From NCBI GenBank assembly GCA_965541585.1, contig CBEUCH010000015.1, positions 7,120 to 71,119 on the forward strand: a stretch of DNA of 64,000 nucleotides. Reading direction: 5' to 3'. The DNA is from an uncultured bacterium (GTDB taxonomy: Bacteria > Zixibacteria > MSB-5A5 > UBA10806). Below the pieces are notes generated by a model. That model was not told where the DNA came from. It searched no databases and saw only the letters and a list, made by a program, of their open reading frames with translations. This document shows positions 58,050-64,000 of the stretch, in pieces; positions within the stretch are counted from its first letter, which is position 1; each line of letters starts with the position of its first letter. Both the position numbers and the translations under genes were made by a program.

Positions 58050-61000
58050 ATGGAAAATGAAAAATATGATAAAGGCGAAAGCGCAATGAAGGCCTGGTTT
58101 GATTCCTTCCGAATAAGAGACTGGATTGACATGGCAGAGCTAACCGAGAGGATTTCAGTATTTTCCGAAAAGGAATCACAATTTCTCCACAAAATGGCGG
58201 AATTGGCTGAGCAAGGTCCCCCTCCCACTGTTAAGCAAATTGGATTTGCTCAGAGTATTGTCGATAAGATTGGACTATCAAGAGGCGACCGTCCGATATC
58301 TGGCGAAATAAAGGTGGAGAAGATACTGGACAATAAAACCGCAGACAAAACTATGCACCTGACAGTACGCCTTGCTTGGCACTCTGACGGATGGAATGGA
58401 AACATATGTACCGCACCCGATAAGAATGATTACTGCGTAGGAGAACATTCGCTGTTATCAAAGAGGGTGAGGGAAAACAGAAACCTAGCAACTGAGTCAG
58501 AGCTCGCTGGGTGCAAATGTGACGAAGGCCACAATAAAGACTATCAGGCTCCATGTTACTGGTCCATCAATGCGTTGGGTGACTCTCCTATTCATTGTCA
58601 GCACGAACACGCAATTGAGAGAGGAGCACCTAAAATCGGAGAAGATCTTCCTCCCTATTCGGTTTTCACATGGCCTTTCAAACTATTTTTTTCCAGAAGC
58701 AAAGAGGAAAAGGAAAAAAACGGTAAATACCCTCCTATGCAGGAAGACAAGGCAATGCGCTTCTTCGGTAAATTTTCAGAAGGAAATTCTATAGTATTCC
58801 TTTATTGTAATTACGACAATCCGATTTCGGGTGACGACCAAAAATATCTGTTAGTCGGCTGTGGGTTGCTTAAAGGGAAAGGCAAATTAAGCCATTTTAA
58901 TATATCACGCGAGCGAATGAGTTGGTGGCAAGCTAAAAAAGAATTTAAAAACTTCTCCAATCTGAATTGGAGTTATAGAATCTCAATGGATCTGCCTAAG
59001 ATGGGCGTAATTATCCCGTATCACAATTATCTCAGACACGCCGTAGAAAATGATAATTACGCTTATCTCAACGAAATAAAGATAATAATTGATGAACCGG
59101 AGCTTATACCCGGCTTCAAATATGTGGCTATGGATATTGATGACGATCAGGCGATATACCTGCTTACTAAGATAAGAAAAAGCCTTTATAAGATGAAGGA
59201 ACAAGCTTTCTTAACAAAAACTGAATTTAATCTGGATGATGCAATAAGAAAGGCAGAATACTTGCTGGGTCTATGTTGGAACAAGAGAGGTTATCTTCCT
59301 GGTCTGGGGAAACTCGCACGGATATTTCTGGATCGCAGCAAGGCCGAGCCACTTAGATTAGACGAGTTATTTTCAACTATGACAGGCAGTGCAGATGCAG
59401 TTGAAGAGCTTATAAGTCTGCTAAATGATCCAGAAAACCTCCCCGATGAAATGGATGATTATTATGACGAGTTATCTGACTTGCACGATACGATAAGGTC
59501 TAAAGGTTTATCAACAGAGGAATTCATTCGGCTCTCAGCGTTAGACCTTACTGATCATCAATTTAGACGAATTGTACAAGGTAGGATCTCCGATAATGGT
59601 GTTGGGCTCAAGGATATATGCAATAATCCCTATGTCCTTTGCGAGGAATATCAGATAAGTGATTATGATCATATAGAGGACCCAATAACGGGTGACCAGA
59701 TCGATGGGTTGATACACGTATTTAAAATAGATATCGCATATTATCCTGATGTAAGATTTCAAAAGAAGCTAAAGTTGCTTCACAGGATGACGAGTGATGA
59801 TCCTCGAAGGATAAGAGCGCTAGCGATATCTTATCTTAGGGGAGTAGAGGAAAGCGGTGATTGTTTTGAAAGTGGAGTCGAACTGGGAAAGAGGCTCATG
59901 GAATATCCTTTGTTTTACAAATCTATTTATCTATTGCGAGAAGATATCTTAACTCATCCCGACAGGCCTCTGGAGAGCCATTTAGCAGAGAAGATAGTAA
60001 TAGAAAGAGATACTGAAAATCAAAGGATATTTTATTATTTAAAAGAAATCTATGAAGCTGAAAGATCCGTTGAAGATGCCATTAACTTTCTTCTCAGGCA
60101 GCCAGATATTGAAATCGCTCCACAATTGGGCGTCGGTGAATCGGCAACGTATCTTAAAAATAAACTGGGAGAAAGATTCAGGGAAGGACAATTTCTATTG
60201 GAACGCAGTAAGCTCTATGAGAAGATTCTAAAGAAAAGGGTTTTTGTTCTTTCTGGAGGACCAGGAACTGGTAAGTCGTTTGAACTTTTAAAGTTAATAG
60301 ATGTACTCAAGCAGGACGGGCAAAATTATCTGCTGCTTTGTCCCACAGGCAAGGCCACGTTACGACTTAAGAATAATGATGAGGGATTTGGAAATATCAT
60401 TGCTCGGACAATTGACAAATTCTTTGCCGAAAGAAAAAAGGAAAAGAATAGCAGATATGTCGTCGAAAACCTAATAATTGATGAATTTTCCATGGTAGAC
60501 TTGAAAAAAATGAGGGATTTGCTTGATATAGTAAGAGTGAAATCCCAGGATTTCAAGAGACTTATATTAGTTGGTGACGAGCATCAGCTTCCACCAATCG
60601 GGTATGGAAGAGTCCTTTATGATATAGTTAATTATTTGAAGAGAGATGCCCGCTATGAGGCTAATAATTATATTCGTCTGGAAACCAATTGCCGCCAAGA
60701 GTATGATGAAAACATAGTAAAGTTTGCTAGAATATTCTCCAGACAAGAAAGAAATCCGGAGCATTTACTGACGAAGATGGCTAAAGGCGGGAACGTATCA
60801 AAAGGATTATTAATACAATATTGGAACTCTCGAGAACAGCTATATGAGTTAATAACCTCGACATTTGCAAATATATTCGGAGACCAAAATACCGGCATCG
60901 ATCTTGATCTTTTGATAAACACAGTGTTTGGCTTAGAACAGGACGGAACCATCGATGAGAGTGACTCCCGATTCAATGAAAGTCTTAAAGTTGATAGGTT

Positions 61001-61964
61001 CCAAATAATATCTCCATACAGAACCGGGTTCTTCGGGGCGCTGGGTTTGAACAACTATGTTCAAGAGAAATTCAAAGGTAAGCAGAGTTTCATTCCTCGC
61101 CTTTCTTTGAAGCACGGGGATAAAATAATGCAGATTGAGAATATGTATAGTAATGATGGTAGAGAACTACTAATATCAAATGGCTCCCTCGGTGTTGTCC
61201 AGCAAAGAGGACAGTATGGAAAGTCGTTTTACTTTCTGGAAAGATCCAAACCTTTCACCCGCCTCAAAGAGGAGTCATTTGAGTTGGCCTATGCCATCAC
61301 GGTGCATAAGTCCCAGGGCAGTGGCTTTGACCATGTATTCTTCATTGTACCTTCAAAAAGCACGCTGCTGTCAAGAGAGCTAGTTTACACTGCTATGACC
61401 AGGTCTAAATTAGGCATTTCTATTTTTGTACACGATGCAGGGAAGATTGAAAGTAGGGCTAATAAATTCCACGAGATCATCAACAAATCAAGCGTAGAAT
61501 TACGTAAAACAAGCCTAATGGGAAAATATTACTGGGAATTTTCTTTGAATCCTGCTCCCGATGTGTATGTGAGATCTAGAGCAGAATATATCATTTATAA
61601 AAGCCTTTTAGAATTCAAAAAACAGGAAAGCAGTTTCTCGTTCGCCTACGAGAATCCTCTTGAGATTGATGAAGAATTATCTATAAAACCAGATTTCATA
61701 CTGATTACCCCGAAGGGCGAATTCTATTGGGAACACCTAGGCCGCCTTGGTGACATACACTACGAAGGATCTTGGCAAAGTAGGCGAAAGTTATATGAAA
61801 GAAAGGGTCTAATTGACAATTTGATTACCACCGACGAGCTTCTTGGCATACACGATAGCAAGATCAAAAAGATAATATTTCAAATTTGTCGTGGAAAGCT
61901 ATCTTCAGATAGAGAAGATGAAAAGTACTCATTACACCATTATCAGCTATCAGATTATTCTTAA
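58050..61964 (+). CDS. Large multidomain protein: an N-terminal 650-aa Cys/His-rich unknown region, a RecD/TraA-like SF1 helicase core, and a C-terminal Vsr/DUF559-like (PD-(D/E)xK) nuclease fold
   Basis: The helicase motifs are VFVLSGGPGTGKS (I), LLCPTGKATLRL (Ia), LIIDEFSMVD (II), LILVGDEHQLPPIG (III) and AITVHKSQGSGFD (V/VI). The C-terminal SRAEYIIYKSLLEF...KPDFILITPKGEFYWEHLG resembles a DUF559/Vsr-type endonuclease. Confidence 0.6.
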   Translation: MENEKYDKGESAMKAWFDSFRIRDWIDMAELTERISVFSEKESQFLHKMAELAEQGPPPTVKQIGFAQSIVDKIGLSRGDRPISGEIKVEKILDNKTADKTMHLTVRLAWHSDGWNGNICTAPDKNDYCVGEHSLLSKRVRENRNLATESELAGCKCDEGHNKDYQAPCYWSINALGDSPIHCQHEHAIERGAPKIGEDLPPYSVFTWPFKLFFSRSKEEKEKNGKYPPMQEDKAMRFFGKFSEGNSIVFLYCNYDNPISGDDQKYLLVGCGLLKGKGKLSHFNISRERMSWWQAKKEFKNFSNLNWSYRISMDLPKMGVIIPYHNYLRHAVENDNYAYLNEIKIIIDEPELIPGFKYVAMDIDDDQAIYLLTKIRKSLYKMKEQAFLTKTEFNLDDAIRKAEYLLGLCWNKRGYLPGLGKLARIFLDRSKAEPLRLDELFSTMTGSADAVEELISLLNDPENLPDEMDDYYDELSDLHDTIRSKGLSTEEFIRLSALDLTDHQFRRIVQGRISDNGVGLKDICNNPYVLCEEYQISDYDHIEDPITGDQIDGLIHVFKIDIAYYPDVRFQKKLKLLHRMTSDDPRRIRALAISYLRGVEESGDCFESGVELGKRLMEYPLFYKSIYLLREDILTHPDRPLESHLAEKIVIERDTENQRIFYYLKEIYEAERSVEDAINFLLRQPDIEIAPQLGVGESATYLKNKLGERFREGQFLLERSKLYEKILKKRVFVLSGGPGTGKSFELLKLIDVLKQDGQNYLLLCPTGKATLRLKNNDEGFGNIIARTIDKFFAERKKEKNSRYVVENLIIDEFSMVDLKKMRDLLDIVRVKSQDFKRLILVGDEHQLPPIGYGRVLYDIVNYLKRDARYEANNYIRLETNCRQEYDENIVKFARIFSRQERNPEHLLTKMAKGGNVSKGLLIQYWNSREQLYELITSTFANIFGDQNTGIDLDLLINTVFGLEQDGTIDESDSRFNESLKVDRFQIISPYRTGFFGALGLNNYVQEKFKGKQSFIPRLSLKHGDKIMQIENMYSNDGRELLISNGSLGVVQQRGQYGKSFYFLERSKPFTRLKEESFELAYAITVHKSQGSGFDHVFFIVPSKSTLLSRELVYTAMTRSKLGISIFVHDAGKIESRANKFHEIINKSSVELRKTSLMGKYYWEFSLNPAPDVYVRSRAEYIIYKSLLEFKKQESSFSFAYENPLEIDEELSIKPDFILITPKGEFYWEHLGRLGDIHYEGSWQSRRKLYERKGLIDNLITTDELLGIHDSKIKKIIFQICRGKLSSDREDEKYSLHHYQLSDYS

Positions 61965-62100
61965 AAGACGGGATGGCATTTATATCTGAGCTGTCAAAAA
62001 GAGAAAGGCGTTGAAGTGCAATAGCCATGCGCTTGAGATACCCATACTTATCTGAGAGCGACCTCATCTTTACGCGAAAATGACTTAGAAAAAGGTAAGA

Positions 62101-62838
62101 ATGTCTAAAAGGGAACGCGGCAGCCGTAAACATATTCTGGAACTTGTCAATAAATCGGATTTCGTTAATGTAATGAACGATCTGCTGGATTCTCATGGAA
62201 TTGTATTCGCAGGTCAGGATCGACAACAGCCCAATACGAATAGTAAAGAAGAGTGGACACTCCGTCAATTCTGCAGTCAGCATTGCCAGGATTCCTTTGA
62301 TTTCGCCAGCTTTGACAAATGGTGGGTACCGGATAAATATAAGAATCCGACGTGGGATTTATTATCGACATGCGTCATTAAGGGACGACCAGGCCTACTA
62401 CTGGTCGAAGCTAAAGCGCATGAGGAGGAGCTGCATTTTGAAGGCAAAGAACTCGGAAACAACGCTTCGGAGCAATCCCGAAAAAACCACGAGCGGATTC
62501 GTCAATGCATAGAACAAGCCAACAAATCGTTAAATGAAAGGCGTGGAGGTTTCAATATTAGTATCGATAAATGCTATCAACTTAGTAACCGAGTGGCATC
62601 CGCCTGGAAGCTTGCGGAATGCGGTTTGCCAACAGTACTACTTTATTTGGGTTTCATTGGAGACAAGTACTTCGAAAATTATTTCATTGATTATGGCCAT
62701 TGGCAGAGGATGATGGGCGCACATATTATAAATGTCGTGCCGCTTTCGTTTCCCAGCAAAAATTTAGAATTTGAAAAAGAAGTGACTTTAATGATGTTAA
62801 TAAAATCATTACCAATCTTATCTGAGGGTATTTCTTAA
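62101..62838 (+). CDS. Hypothetical protein with a possible PD-(D/E)xK nuclease core
   Basis: TWDLLSTCV...GLLLVEAKAHEEE could be a D...(E)VEAK restriction-endonuclease-like motif. The evidence is weak. Confidence 0.3.
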   Translation: MSKRERGSRKHILELVNKSDFVNVMNDLLDSHGIVFAGQDRQQPNTNSKEEWTLRQFCSQHCQDSFDFASFDKWWVPDKYKNPTWDLLSTCVIKGRPGLLLVEAKAHEEELHFEGKELGNNASEQSRKNHERIRQCIEQANKSLNERRGGFNISIDKCYQLSNRVASAWKLAECGLPTVLLYLGFIGDKYFENYFIDYGHWQRMMGAHIINVVPLSFPSKNLEFEKEVTLMMLIKSLPILSEGIS

Positions 62839-62842
62839 TTTA

Positions 62843-63811
62843 TTGGTTATACCGCTTATATTTAGGTTTGCGGGGAACGCTATCAGAATTATGAAGCTTA
62901 AAAAAGACCAAAGATGGGATGGTTGGCCCGCAATTGATGAAGAATACTTTGATTCCCTCGCGGCGAACTTAACATTAAGACCAGAAATACCAAAACAGAT
63001 CCACCGCCTCATTAAACAAATGAAGTCGGTCTTAAGATTTTGCTATTTTGATTACGAATTGATTGGAATTACTAATCTTTTATCAGTGCTCGCATTTGAA
63101 ACTGCATTGAATCTTAAGTATCAAGAAATGGTTCCTGCGGAAGACCAAAATGCAAAAATTAGTCTTTTTCAGCTTATCAAATGGGGTGAAAGGGAAAATC
63201 TGTTTGAAGAGCACATAGATTCACTCCATTCGTTAAGGAAGGTTCGCAATATGTATGCTCACCCAAAGGATGCTATGATTTTTGGAATCATGGGGATTCA
63301 TTCAACAATAAAAATAATTGATTTAATCAATGGAATATATGATAGCCGGATAGATTATAGAATTAAACGTAAAAGAAAGACAGATAGGATTAATCGAGTT
63401 CTTTTCCACCGTTCGAAAGAAGGATTGATTCTCCAATTAGAGGATTTACGGCTTATCGTTTTTGATTCACGCCTTATTCTCTATAATAACCTCTCTTCAG
63501 ATCCAGAATATTATTTTTGGATATATCCGATATTTGAAATCAAAGAAGACGCGACAGAAGTAGATGAGAAGAAGCCGATTATACTGCACTGTAAATCCAT
63601 CAAATTTAAGAAATCAAGCGATGGTTGGAAGATGGTTATTGGAGAATCAACCTTGACAGAGATTGCTGGAAAAGAGGATAAGGAAAAATTCCGCCTCTGG
63701 CAAGAAAAACTCAATTCCTGTAAACTGCCTATTAAGTTTGCTATTGATCAAAGATACAATGATTTACGACGAGAGCTAATGTCGGATAAAATATACAAGT
63801 GGGCAGATTAA
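62843..63811 (+). CDS. HEPN-domain protein of Abi_2/AbiD-like type (R-x2-RN-x2-AH motif)
   Basis: SLRKVRNMYAHP matches the Rx4-6H HEPN catalytic motif in the RNxxAH form seen in AbiD/AbiF-type abortive infection proteins. It is 322 aa. Confidence 0.4.
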   Translation: MVIPLIFRFAGNAIRIMKLKKDQRWDGWPAIDEEYFDSLAANLTLRPEIPKQIHRLIKQMKSVLRFCYFDYELIGITNLLSVLAFETALNLKYQEMVPAEDQNAKISLFQLIKWGERENLFEEHIDSLHSLRKVRNMYAHPKDAMIFGIMGIHSTIKIIDLINGIYDSRIDYRIKRKRKTDRINRVLFHRSKEGLILQLEDLRLIVFDSRLILYNNLSSDPEYYFWIYPIFEIKEDATEVDEKKPIILHCKSIKFKKSSDGWKMVIGESTLTEIAGKEDKEKFRLWQEKLNSCKLPIKFAIDQRYNDLRRELMSDKIYKWAD

Positions 63812-63857
63812 GTATATTGATCAAGGTTGTTTAGGGTATAAGGAACTTTAATGATTC

Positions 63858-64000
63858 TTATTTTCTGCGGACCCTGGTTTTAAATATAACCTCCGCAACC
63901 TCCCTAACCATCACAACATCATCAGCAGACTTCCGCTTCAATAGCTTCATCAAATCATCCAGAGCAAACTGAGCCTTCGTCTTCTTCTCCGGAAAATCAA
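63858..64000 (-). CDS. Partial CDS (C-terminal 47 codons) entering from the right edge
   Basis: The minus-strand frame is open from the window edge to stop TAA at 63860-63858 (…DFPEKKTKAQFALDDLMKLLKRKSADDVVMVREVAEVIFKTRVRRK). Identity is unknown. Confidence 0.2.
   Translation of the reverse strand, partial: DFPEKKTKAQFALDDLMKLLKRKSADDVVMVREVAEVIFKTRVRRK

Larger units (their letters stand above)
33368..64000. mobile_element. Integrated element (satellite/ICE-like island) inserted at the 3' end of tRNA-Leu. It carries int, xis-like, a repressor-like gene, P4-type primase, iterons and multiple defence cassettes. Its right end is not in the window.
   Basis: A tyrosine integrase lies immediately adjacent to the tRNA. 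The gene content switches abruptly from housekeeping/T9SS genes to int/xis/primase/R-M/Abi-like genes. No attR copy of the tRNA 3' end was found within the window. Confidence 0.55.

Noticed and set aside
60326-61054. Minus-strand ORFs inside the helicase gene
   Set aside because: They are antisense to a gene with a complete SF1 motif set.
33368-64000. attR copy of the tRNA-Leu 3' end within the window
   Set aside because: I scanned the intergenic regions downstream for ≥12-nt matches to GGTTCGATTCCGGCTTCCGGCA and found none. The right boundary presumably lies beyond 64000.

Overview
This 64 kb window appears to come from a bacterium of the FCB group, judged from the many Por/T9SS-type C-terminal sorting domains; GC content is roughly 50%. 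It splits into two halves. Positions 1 to about 33.3 kb are ordinary chromosome. They carry a HDOD signalling protein, a DUF1573 lipoprotein, cysteine synthase, and a dense array of eight secreted T9SS cargo genes (parallel-beta-helix proteins, an S8 subtilase, BNR/Asp-box beta-propellers) with clear paralogy and what looks like gene conversion. They also carry purD-purE, a CDF transporter, a glycogen cluster (LbH nucleotidyltransferase-like, GalT-like, glgA), a TPR protein, DUF488, prolyl oligopeptidase, and tRNA-Gly, tRNA-Cys and tRNA-Leu. From the 3' end of tRNA-Leu (33367) to the end of the window is an integrated mobile element. It has a tyrosine integrase, an excisionase-like HTH protein, a leaderless XRE repressor-like gene, a P4-family primase/helicase followed by inverted TGTCACC iteron arrays (a putative origin), and a stack of defence cargo. 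The cargo includes (1) a minus-strand operon headed by a 632-aa protein with a CARF-like N-terminus and a degenerate sigma54-type AAA+ core (no GAFTGA, Walker B DE changed to DN, no Fis HTH), followed by four unknown genes including a divergent paralog pair. It also includes (2) a type I R-M operon hsdM-orf-hsdS-(zinc-ribbon orf)-hsdR with an adjacent RloC-like ABC-ATPase that has a CxxC zinc hook in a coiled coil. (3) is a GIY-YIG protein with a tiny Cys-rich ORF. (4) is a two-gene cassette whose 1304-aa product combines a Cys/His-rich unknown N-terminal half, a RecD-like SF1 helicase and a Vsr/DUF559-like C-terminal nuclease fold. (5) is a PD-(D/E)xK-like protein plus a HEPN (RNxxAH, Abi_2-like) protein. 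attR was not found inside the window. No rRNA, CRISPR array or transposase was recognised.
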